Assembly (NCBI RefSeq): GCF_001194135.2
Contig: NC_068981.1
Location: 144,181,818 to 144,220,604 of the forward strand
Direction: 5' to 3'
Origin: Octopus bimaculoides
Lineage: Eukaryota
Length of the DNA: 38,787 nt
Below are positions 1 through 10,994 of this stretch, piece after piece (position 1 is the stretch's first letter; each line of letters starts with the position of its first letter). The translations under genes and the position numbers were made by a program. The notes under the pieces were generated by a model, which was not told where the DNA came from, searched no databases, and saw only the letters and a program-made list of their open reading frames with translations.

Positions 1-5
1 TAATA

Positions 6-200
6 ATTCTTATTTCTTTATTGCCCACAAGGAGCTAAACAATAGAGGGGACAGACAAAGGGATAAAATCGATTACATCGAGCCCAGTGCGTAACTGGTA
101 CTTAATTTATCGACCCCGAAAGGATGAAAAGCAAAGTCGACCTCGGCGGAATTTGAACTCAGAACGTAGCGTGCTAACGTTTCTGCCAGCTCGCCGCCTT
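6..200 (-). mobile_element. tRNA-derived SINE, family A
   Basis: Minus strand has A-box tggcagaaacg and B-box gagttcaaattcc, central gcttttcatcctttcggggtcgataaa, tail caataaagaaataagaa; near-identical to 1449-1681 and 36712-36934. Confidence 0.9.
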
Positions 201-221
201 AATAATAATAATAACAAACAT

Positions 222-362
222 CGAAAAATACCTTAGGAATGAGAACCCAGGTTCGAAATTTTCCCAAGACACCTTGATGAAGGCTGGAGGGTATATCAGC
301 CGAAATGCTGTGTTAACAACAAATATGAGGACAAATATCCGTCAATTGTAAATAATGTAATT
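222..362 (+). mobile_element. Penelope-like / retrozyme-type repeat with degenerate minimal hammerhead ribozyme
   Basis: gacac-cttgatga-a-ggctg(gagggtatat)cagcc-gaaa-tgct-gtgtt at 268-314 gives stem I, core, stem II and GAAA in type I hammerhead order; ends in a tgtaaataatgtaa duplication. Confidence 0.6.
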
Positions 363-588
363 ATTTTCCTTTTCATATATATAACCATTAAGCAGGTACC
401 CATACTTCCTGCGTGATTTCAGTTCGAGTTCATTAATGCAACCCACACTTAACGTTGCTATGTTGATATGAAAGAAGGAAAATAGGAGAGTCATCTATCT
501 CAGTGACTTTTCGGTAGGCAATCGGGTGTATCAAAATCCCTTCTCTTTACATGGTTTCTTCTTTGGGATCTCTAATGTCATGTGGGTA

Positions 589-589
<1 letters not shown>

Positions 590-660
<71 letters not shown>
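590..660. repeat. (TC)n microsatellite (others: (ATA)n 2553-2617, (TA)n 4354-4437, (AC)n 10925-10985, (GA)n 27840-27920)
   Basis: Read directly from the sequence. Confidence 0.97.
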
Positions 661-664
<4 letters not shown>

Positions 665-819
665 TCTTGTACCTGTCAATTGGCAACTTTACCAATTTGA
701 AGTTCTCAGAGATTTTCATCGTACTTTCGTTGTACGTTTATTGAAGATTTTCATTGTACTTTTATTACACTCTGATTCTTTGTCTCCATTCAGTGCTATG
801 TAAGATGGAGATTTTATTT

Positions 820-2530
820 TTATTTTTACTTCTTTCTAGCTCAGAATTAGATGTGAGTGCAATTTGTTGATGTGGCTGGAGTTGTATATTTTGTGTTTGT
901 CTACTGGTTTTTTTCTCTTGTCTGATCATTGTTTTTACGTGTAAATTTTCTTTTTGTCGTTTTTAATGAAAGTGGTAGCGATAGTGTATTTGTTGTTGTG
1001 CATTTAGTGGTACTTGGGATTAATAAAGAGCTGATTTTGTGTTTTCATTTTTGTTTCTTGTTTCCATTTTTTCTTTTCTTGTCCCTCTTCTTTATAAGAG
1101 GTTGTATGGTCGGAAATTTCCGCCTTGGAGACGGGGAGGGGTGGAGGCAGGGGCATATTTTCTTGTTTGTTCTATATCTGTGTCTGTGCATGAGCAGGAG
1201 AAAGAACAGATAGTTTAGAAAGACTGCTGAATTGAAATATCCCCTGGGTGGCGATTATTTTGTGGTTATCATTATTTTCCACCACCTCAGGTTATCATTA
1301 TTTTCCACTTCGTCAGTTCCACTACTGAGTAAATGTTGTTGGTGATGTTACTGTTGATGTTTCCACAGTTGCCGCTGTAGTTATAGATGTTGCCGCTGTT
1401 GCTATTGTTGATAGTACAGATGTCATTTATATCGTAGCTCACTTTCTTATTTCTTTATTGCCCACAAGGGGCTAAACATAGAGGAGACAAACAAGGACAG
1501 ACAAAGGGATTAAGTCGATTACATCGACTCCAGTGCGTAACTGGTACTTAATTTATCGACCCTGAAAGGATGAAAGGCAAAGTCGACCTCGGCAGAATTT
1601 GAACTCAGAACATAACGGCTGACGAAATACCGCTAAGCATTTCGCCCGTCGTGCTAACGTTTCTGCCAGCTCGCCGCCTTTTATCGTAGCTCACTTTCTT
1701 TACTCTTGCTAGTGTTACTACTGCTTCTATCGGTGCTTGTTGTTGTATTTGCAGTGATCCTGTCGGCAGCCGTTGATCACTTTTTTTCCCTTTTCTGTTT
1801 TGGTTATGTTGACAGAAAGCTCTGAGATGTTCTATCTTTCCACAGATGTGATACCTCGGTCTTCTTCTTCCCACGATTAATGTAGACAGGAACTCTGGGA
1901 TACTTTCTCGATGTTGAGGTTTTACATGGAAAAAGACCCCCAGTTTGATCCCAACCAGTTCTCTCGGCTAGTTCTCTTCACATGCTGCAGAGTGTCACTC
2001 TCCTCAAACACTACGCTTGCCAGGATCCACCAGAGATCTATCTCTTGCAGGAAAAGTGAGTTAAGTCGTCACTGCAGCGAGAAACTACGAAGCGTTGTAC
2101 TACGAGAGCTCCATTGTCAAATAAAACCTCCTCTCGCCAACTCTCTTGCCATAGATGTATATACTGTATGTCCTGCGTCCTGTCCTACATTACGGAGGAT
2201 TTGTTCTCCGTGTGCGTTCGTGGCCGCCTCCATCAGTCAACGAATAGCAGTGATATATTATTACCGTTGTAGAAGTTGCAGTTAGAGTTTCAGGTGGGGG
2301 AAAAAAACTGCTTTTTTGCTCCGAGTTCCTCGATTTAAGAGATGAGAGGGTAAAGAGTAAAGAAGTGTCAGGTATGTAGTGATATAGCCTAAGTGAAGGG
2401 CAGAGAGAAGGGGTAGAGGTAGTAAAATGGTGGAATGAAGAATTTGGGAATATAGGTTAGGTTGCTTAGAGGACAGGTCAGTGTTTAGTAGTAGAAGAAT
2501 AAGCAAGTAGACAAACTCATGAGAAATCCG
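820..2530 (-). mobile_element. Decayed non-LTR retrotransposon ORF1/gag-like remnant (zinc knuckle), interrupted by a SINE
   Basis: Minus frame reads GRRRPRYHICGKIEHLRAFCQ (CX2CX4HX4C with the first Cys changed to Tyr), preceded in a shifted frame by PRVPVYIN and followed by a T/A/K-rich linker; multiple stops and frameshifts; no ORF2 seen. Confidence 0.45.
1449..1681 (-). mobile_element. Family A SINE with 19-bp TSD
   Basis: TSD tatcgtagctcactttctt at 1430-1448 and 1682-1700; intact A/B boxes. Confidence 0.92.
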
Positions 2531-2553
2531 ATGTGCATCTTGCCAATGCAAGC

Positions 2554-2617
<64 letters not shown>

Positions 2618-2618
<1 letters not shown>

Positions 2619-2942
2619 CCCTTCTACAAAAGGTACAAGACCTGAAATTTCCTGGGAGAAGACTAATCGATTACNNNNNNNNNNNNNNNNNNNNNNNNNN
2701 NNNNNNNNNNNNNNNNNNNNNNNNNNNNNNNNNNNNNNNNNNNNNNNNNNNNNNNNNNNNNNNNNNNNNNNNNNNNNNNNNNNNNNNNNNNNNNNNNNNN
2801 NNNNNNNNNNNNNNNNNNATCAACCTCGAAAGGATGAAAAGCAAAGTCAACTTCGAAGGAATTTGAACTTAGAATGTAGTGACAAGCAAAATACTGCTAA
2901 GCATTTCATCCACCATCCTAATGACTCGCCAGCTCATCACCT
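2618..2942 (-). mobile_element. Family A SINE variant spanning an N gap, flanked by (ATA)n and (AAT/AAC)n
   Basis: gaaaggatgaaaagcaaagtcaac...gaatttgaacttag core; alternative 3' end acaagacctgaaattt. Confidence 0.7.
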
Positions 2943-2952
2943 GAATAATAAA

Positions 2953-2987
<35 letters not shown>

Positions 2988-3922
2988 CAACAACAACAAC
3001 AACAACCAACAATAACAACATTTGGGAACATATATCTAATTTCAAAAGAGACATGTTTGGGCAGAACTGACTAATCATATTTCAAAAGATATCTGTACAT
3101 ATACTGCATAAATAATTGATTGATAAAGCATTTTAATTGGTCTTTTTATCATAAATACTTCATCGCTTTTGTCAAAAGGATGAAAGTTGATCTTAGCTGA
3201 CTTTGAATTAAGAGTGTACAGAGCCAGAATAATTACTGCAAAACAATCTGTCAGATGCTCTAACGACTCTGCCTACTGATTGCTTCATATCTATTTATCT
3301 ATCTGTCTGTCTGTCTGTCAGTTTATCTGTTTGTCTGTCCATCTAGCTATCAGTCTGTCTCTCTGTCTATCTAGTTAGCTAACTAACTAACTAGTGAGCT
3401 ATCTCCCTATGGACTGACGTGTGAACATATGCATGCATGTGCATGTACAAAATGAAAATGAGGGAATGTGGAAATGCAAAAACAAAACAGGAATAACCCA
3501 GAATACATGCTGGTGGCATGTGTTTGAATAACAAAAGCAAAGAAGGGTATTAGATAAGATACAAGACAAATTTTTGTTTTGTTGAAGTTATCTCTGCTTT
3601 TAAATAGCATAAACCAATCAAGTGGTAGCTTCATCATCATCATTATCATTATCATCATCGTTATCATAAATAACGTCTGTTTTCCATGCTGGTATGTATT
3701 GGATGGCTTGACAGGAGCCAGCAAAGCCAGGGGCTGCACCAGATTCCATATTCTGTTGCTTTTGTTACTGCTGCAGCTGTTGTTGCAATTGTAACTAAAT
3801 CCAAATGAGGAGAGATAGTTTCAAGAACCAAGAATTCTGCAAACTTAACATGCCACTAAAGAAGAGATAGAAATAATACATTTCTAAAACTCTCAGAGAG
3901 ATTTATACAGTAGCAGCACGAT

Positions 3923-4130
3923 AAAGTGATAGTATGTTGTCAATTTAATGTAACAATCCCATGAAAAGGAAGAATGCTACTGTTATTTAGCCCTAGGAAA
4001 CACCGTTTCCTGTTGGACTTGACACATTTCCTGTGTCCAACAGGAAACGGTGTTTCCTAGGGCTAAATAACAATAGCATTCTTTCCTTTCATGAGACTGT
4101 CACATTAAGTTGACAACATACTATCATTTT
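3923..4130. mobile_element. Fold-back element / MITE with ~95-bp inverted arms
   Basis: aaagtgatagtatgttgtcaa...ggaaacaccgtttcctgttggac (to 4018) is mirrored by gtccaacaggaaacggtgtttcc...ttgacaacatactatcatttt (from 4035); 16-nt spacer. Confidence 0.85.
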
Positions 4131-4228
4131 AAAAGAGAAGATAGTCTGATTGTTTGAAGACATGATGACAGCTGTGGACATGAGTTTCTGTCTCAATAGG
4201 TATCATCAGTATAGCAATAGCTCTTCAT

Positions 4229-4350
4229 CAATGTTTCTCAATCTTTTACCCTTGTGAAACCCTTAAAATAAATTACATGTCTCAAGGAACCCCTGCACAA
4301 AAAAATTATATACCATATCTTTCTCATATCTTTTTCATTGTAGTTCACGT

Positions 4351-4437
<87 letters not shown>

Positions 4438-4650
4438 CTCCAATGGTTGTTATATTTTTTTGATAACATAATAGGTTAGATAGGATGATGTCCATATTAC
4501 AATATTGCAATAACCAATAACATGTTGTGCATGTATAGTAATATTATGATCATGAAATTAGCATTAGCTTATCTCACTCTTTCTTGGGGAACACTTTGGA
4601 AACTTTTGTGAAATCCTCAGTTTCGAGGGAATCCCGGTTGAGAAACACTG
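4229..4650. mobile_element. hAT (Charlie-type) MITE with internal (TA)n
   Basis: Terminal inverted repeats (TIRs) caatgtttctcaatc / ggttgagaaacactg; 8-bp TSD ctcttcat (4221-4228) / ctctacat (4651-4658), fitting the NTCTANAN target preference of Charlie elements. Confidence 0.85.
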
Positions 4651-5435
4651 CTCTACATAATCTTCACCAGATGAAACTTTTTGACATATACAAAAAAGAT
4701 TAGATGACATTTATGGCCAAAGTAATTTGCATAAGAGAAATGGAAATAAGCTAAGACAAGTAACTCGAAATTACAATTGGCATATAGTTGAACAACAAAA
4801 CAAATATAGGTATATTAAATAATACACAAGAGAAATTCTTGTTTTATTGAAATTATCTCTGATTCACTTGGTAGCAATTGTTACCAATTCCAAATATGAA
4901 GGGGGAAATAATCTAAAGAATCAAGGTTTCTCCAAAATTGACATGCCATTTAGGAAAAGACACTTTGTCTGAAAGCAAAATCACAGTTGTAGGCATGTGT
5001 TTCTACCTCAAGATCATCATTAGCATGACAATGGTTCGAATACATGCCACTGACAACTCTTTTAGTTTGTTTTTTTTTCGTTTATGCAAATTATTTATTC
5101 TATATGTTCTATTTTTCTTTTGTTTATGTTAGAGTATGTTATCTGCTTTGAGGATACATGGTCTGGTGGCTAGAGTGTTGCACTTAGGATCACAAGATCA
5201 TTGTTTTGATTCTCAGACCAAGTGGAGCATTGTGTTCTTGAGCAAAACACTTCATTTCATGTTACTCCAGGCTGCTCAGCTGTAAATGAGTAACCCTAAA
5301 AAGGATGCCATGAAAACCAGGTAACCAGCCATGTGAATCCTCAGACATGAGACAATTTTTACTTTTTTTCTTCACTCATCTGCTGAATATAAGGTAGGAC
5401 AATTGTGTGTTTTCTTCCTGATATGTGTAATGTCC

Positions 5436-5806
5436 TGAGGCACAATGGCCCAATTGTTAGGACAGCGGACTCGCGGTCATAAGATCGTGGTTTCGATTCC
5501 CAGACAGGGTATTGTGAGTGTTTATTGAGCAAAAACACCTAAAGCTCCATGAGGCTCCGGCAGGGGATGGTGGCGAACCCTGCTGTACTCTTTCACCACA
5601 ACTTTCTCTCACTCTTACTTCCTGTTTCTGTTGTGCCTGTAATTCAAAGGGTCAGCCTTGTCACACTGTGTCACACTGAATATCCCCGAGAACTACGTTA
5701 AGGGTACACGTGTCTGTGGAGTGCTCAGCCACTTGCACGTTAATTTCACGAGCAGGCTGTTCCGTTGATCAACGTCGTAAGCGACGGAGTGCCAACAACA
5801 ACAACA
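5436..5806 (+). mobile_element. tRNA-derived SINE, family D, (AAC)n tail
   Basis: A-box tggcccaattgttagg, B-box ggtttcgattccc; 13-bp TSD atgtgtaatgtcc at 5423-5435 and 5807-5819; second copy at 32632-33014. Confidence 0.9.
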
Positions 5807-6149
5807 ATGTGTAATGTCCATATTATTATGCTGTTTAAGTAAACAAGATTCCAAAAGGACATCTCTGATTCTATAAACTACAGATCTATCACTCTCACTA
5901 TATCTCAAGGCCAACAAGGAAGTATCTCTGTAGTAACTGAACATGTTAAAATGGCAGTCAAATCTCCCTTTTCCAGATTTTACCTAGTATTATTCCAACA
6001 CTCTCAAAGCCAACAAAGGAAAATCTACATTGCCACTTCACACAGATATTCTTTAATTAGCCTTGGGACATGTTGGCCAAAATCTTTTTTAAATCAGATG
6101 CAGTTATTTAAAAAAAAACAAAGAGTACTGCATTTGAAAATTAGATAGA

Positions 6150-6345
6150 AACTGCTTGATCGGACATATGATTAAAAGTATTCCAGCCATGACCATCTTG
6201 TTTTTTTCAGGCCTAGTGTACTCTAACTACATTGCCCACAAAGTGTCTTTTTCTTTTTAAAAATGGAATGGTTTAGTATGGTGAAAATTTAGCTGCTATT
6301 TCTAGCACAAGAAGTTACTGAGCAGAGAGGCTCACTCATTACCTT
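6150..6345 (-). repeat. Old dispersed repeat family F (also ~7050-7200 -, 7530-7940 + two copies, 10080-10240 -, 25250-25740 -, 34470-34700 +)
   Basis: Shared motifs attccagccatgaccatc, gctgctatttctagc and (AAC)n/(GTT)n tails; copies are highly diverged. Confidence 0.55.
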
Positions 6346-7980
6346 GGCTTGATCAGATAGAGTCAAGTAGATTCTGTACTTAAACAGTCTTTCCAGAAAC
6401 TTCTAATTTAAGAGTTTAGAGCCCAGTGATACAGACAGAATTTGTGCAGCTCAAGAAAGACCTTGAGTACCTCATCACCATGCAAAATACAATAGTATAT
6501 TTATAGAGTTCAGCACCCCACTAACAACAAACAATCCACTGTAGGTAGATTGTCCTCCCCACTTTTCATTTCATTTTAGCTACATAATTCTGAGAGCCCA
6601 TTGTGATAACATTTTATAAATAGATTCTCATGTCAAACTTGGTTGGACACTTTATTGATGTCAAAAGCAATTACAATGTTTTTACTGTATCTGTAATGTA
6701 TTAGATCAGATCATTAGTTAATCTGCCTCTATAGTAACCATAATGGTAATCAATGAAGAGAGAGGCAAAAAAAAAATGAAAGTTCATAAAGTAATCAATT
6801 CCAACTCTCCATCAATCACACAGCTAGATCTGGCGTAGCTCTTGGTATCATCTGGGGTAGTCCTTGAGTTGGCTGTCTCTACCCACGAAAAGCAACACTA
6901 TACATGTATAATGTGCTGTCTCCCAAAAATGCCACTTGGGATGAACTGTTCCCTACCTTCCTCAATTTATCTATGCTAGTGGTTTCAATAACCTCTGAGA
7001 TGTAGTTGAGTATATAGCCAACCTTCATTGAGCTGTATTGTCATCAAACATATTCATGTCAGGATAACCTCGTCTTTTGTTTTCCAGTTATAATGGCGTA
7101 ATAGTTCATTATGGAAATTGTTTTTCCATTTTTAAGGCAGTAGATTATAATTTGAGGGAGATTTCACTACTATTTCCAGCAAATCAAATAACATATTGGG
7201 ACACTTTGTTGACTCAACCTTTGAGATATTGAACATGAAGAAATGATATATCGGTAGTTAAGTGACTCACAGTTGTTGCCCCTTTTGAAGGTGATGAGGT
7301 GCATTATTGCGTATATCCATTGCTTATGATGACAATAGAGCAAATAACAGCCACATTTCCCTCAAACTGTACCCATGAAAGTATGGGAAAAATTACTTTT
7401 TTTCTTAGACTGATCTGGAGAAAATACTTTGTGTGTATCATTCATAAACACTAAAATGTTGGAAGTAAAATAACAATATAGAGTAACTGAAAGCACTTAG
7501 CCACTCCAATGAAGGAACTTCTACAATGTTGCTCAACCTGCTAGAAATAATAGCTAAATTTTCCTCAAATCATGACCAACTGCCATAAGAAAAGAAGGAC
7601 ACATTGGACATTGGAGGCTGAGATATATTATGTCTGCAAAACATGTATGATGGTTAAAAACTAGAATGCCCTTGATCACAGGTCTGCTTGATAAGGGTTA
7701 CTCGGGTTAAATAACAACAACGACAACAACAACAACTAACTGATATAATGAGGGAGTCTTTAAGTGGTTGCTTGATCAGATAGAAATAACAGGCAGATCA
7801 CCTTAATATTGCACCCGACCATCTTAAACAAAGTTTAGAGCACACTGGATGATAAAGCTTAAGATGCCTTTCAAAAGATTGGATGGCCATGGTTGGAATG
7901 TATTTACTCATAGATTAAAGGTTAAGCAATAACAATGACAGCAACTAACCTACTTAATAAGCCCTTTTGTATGTTTCCAG

Positions 7981-8100
7981 GGTCTGAAAGCAACCCTTCA
8001 TTCAATGGATGTCGAAATGCCAAGAACTGAGAGCAGTATCAACAACCGTGTGGCTCTCATGAAACAGCTACATATTGAGAAACTGATGAAGAAGAATAAG
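7981..8100 (+). CDS. MINDY4: MINDY4 exon A: GLKATLHSMDVEMPRTESSINNRVALMKQLHIEKLMKKNK
   Basis: Acceptor gtatgtttccag|ggt, donor aag|gtatgt; 120 nt, phase 0-0, open. Confidence 0.93.
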
Positions 8101-10963
8101 GTATGTATGCCATCACTTCAGCTGTATCAATTCAGTTCAACCTTTTAATTTTTATTTAAGCTCTTTCCTCCTTTTTGTGCATAGGCCATTGATGGCTTTT
8201 TACTACTGTTCTCAACTCTGGGTTGTCTTTCCCCTCTCCTAAGTCTTGTTGGTTTGAATTATCAACAATCCCTCTGTAACTTCGCCTTTTTTCTGTGTAG
8301 AGAATGTTGGCAGGATGTAAGCCTGTTTTTACCTTTGAGAAGAAGTGGTCCATATTAACCTGGCTTCTGTCCTTTGACCTGTCCATTACAGAAGGCCCTG
8401 CTAGGATCTTGCACTCTCCTGTGGAGGCACATGGCTTAGTGGTTAGGGTGTTGGACCCATGATCATAAGATTGAAGTCTCGATTCCTGGACCAGGTGATA
8501 TATTATGTTCTTGAGCAAAGGACTTCATTTCATGTTGCTCCAGTCCACTCAGCTGGCAAAAATGAGTAATCCTGTGATGAACCAGCGTCCCATCCAGGTG
8601 GGGGATATATACGCCATGGAAACCAGGAAACTGGCCCTTATGAGTCAGCATGACTTGAGAATGAAACTTTCCCCTTTTTTTTTTTTACCTTTGCACTCTC
8701 CTGGAATAGCTCTCAGGATCATTGAAGCAGCAATGCACCTCATCACAATGAGGATTTGACTTTGTGGTGGAATTCGATTCAAGAATCTATTCTGGATGCA
8801 TGCATGGCCATGAGGTTAAGAAATATGGTTTGCAGTTACATGGTTTCAGGTTGATTCTAACTCCAAAGCACCTTGGGTTAACCAAAGCCTTATAAAAGAA
8901 ATTTCGGTTGTGAGAAACTGTATGAAAACATGTCGTCAATTATTTTTATTTTTGAGTGGAATATTCAAACCATCATCAAGTTTAACATGACCATCTCAAT
9001 TTTTGCATTCAGGCCAGATCTTTGGTTTGAGATTAAATGTGTTTTTACTTCTTCCCAGCCACAGAGCCCAGAAAAGGGCCATGGTTATTGCTCTTCCCTC
9101 TCTAACTGCTACAAAACATATTTCCCCCCTGTTTTTAGATCTGTTTTGCATTGCTCATATGAGTTTTACTTCTTTGTGCAACTATTGTTTATGATGTCTT
9201 TTAACCCTAGGCCTTTCCAGCTTTGTGCAGATTTATCCTATCTTTTTATCAATCTACTTCTACACTGTATGAGGTGGCCTTCATTTTTCAAGTTTGCAGA
9301 GTATTTATAGTATATTTGAAGGCATAAAAGGTGCATATTAGATGCATCATAATTACAGTAACTTATATTCAGGAAAAATGTTTTTAAAGCATTAAATCTT
9401 TTGGAAGGCCCAACTTCATTTATAGGACTCGTTTGAGGCATTTTGTTTGGTAAAAAGTGCTCTTTATATGCCCCCAAATACACTTTCATTGCAAATACTA
9501 GCATGTCACTACAGTTGTTTTCACACCTGAATAATTTGGCAGTATCATTGAGCATTGGACAAAATACCTTACAATGTTTAGTTATAGCTTTTTATATTAT
9601 AAGTTCAAATCTCACTGATGTCAACAACTTCACTTTTTATCCTTTCAGTGTCAATAAAATGAAATACTAGTTTGATACTGAGGTTGATGGTTATTGTCTA
9701 ATTCCCTCCCTCAAATTTCTAGCCTTGTACCTGTGCTACAAGCAATCATCTATTATTAATCATTTAATCACCCAACTGAGAAGCAGGAATGAAACATGGT
9801 TTTTTTTTCTTTTATTTATTTATTTTTTTTCATCCAGCCAAACTAACTGGAACAAGAAAAAATTATGTACCTTGTTTGGAAACACAATAGAACGACACCA
9901 GAAAAGTGTAACCCAAGATACACAGAAAAAATTATAGATAATCATGGACAGAATGCTTTTGGTTGTAGGTTCTTGTTGAACTGTGATGACTTAAGGCTAA
10001 ATAACAAAAACAACCTCTATTCTACCAACAAATTACTTGTTACACTCTGTAGTGTAGATTGTAGCTGCTGACCTTCTTGTCTTGTTGGTTTGTTAAATAA
10101 ATAATGTTTAATCCTAGCTTAGCCTTCATTGAGCAGTTCTATGATTAAAAATGTCAACCATGACTGTCATATCTTTCTTACTTGTTTGCCAGTGTGTCGG
10201 GGGACTATCTAGTATGCCTCTTTCCTTTTAAAACAATAGAGCAGTATTACTCATTCTGTTTGATTGGTGGCACACTCAGGATTAAATAAGAAATAGCAGC
10301 ACTCTGGAGATTAAATAAAAAAAAATAGTGGTGCACTGGAGATTAAGTTAAATAATTGGACCATACTGGATGTTATATGAAAAGTAGTGGCACACAGGAG
10401 ACTTAAGAGAAAATATACTGGTCCATCTCACATTCAAAGTTAGACAAAACTATATGTCAGATTTTCAGATTTGAAAATTAGAAAAGATCCAGAAAATTCT
10501 CGATTACCTTGATTTATTAAAAGTATTTGTGTCATCAAATTCCATTCTCCCCTCAAAGTGCTGGCCTTCTGCCAAAATTAGAAAGCATTATTATAAAATA
10601 AATCCTTATCATAATACAAGAAATTATTGTTATTATTAGACTCTGGCATGCAGATATCTTCCCTGCTTATTTTTATCACAGGCGGATAATAACCCCTTGA
10701 GGAGTATGGTAGAAGTTGTTACAAAATTTGTTTTGGAACAATCTGACTTTTGTAATACCATCCTTGCGAAATCAAATTCTTCCCCAAAGTCATCTCAACT
10801 AAATACAGCTTCAGAAAGAAAAGGTAAAACTTTTTTTTTTCTCTTTCTATCTTGTATAAAATTATTGTTTAAAGCATACATGTAATAATCGACAGCTTTA
10901 ACTGGTTTAGTGAATGAGAACTCACACCTACACACACACACACAAACATACACACACATATGT

Positions 10964-10994
<31 letters not shown>

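Noticed and set aside
4141-4205. HEFLSQ followed by gt, resembling the missing first exon (…REFLSRK|)
   Set aside because: A stop codon (tag) precedes the donor and there is another upstream in frame. No convincing first exon was found in 1-7980, so it is probably outside the window.
5436-5510. tRNA gene candidates at SINE heads
   Set aside because: The A/B boxes continue into SINE bodies with tails and TSDs, and no complete cloverleaf could be supported.
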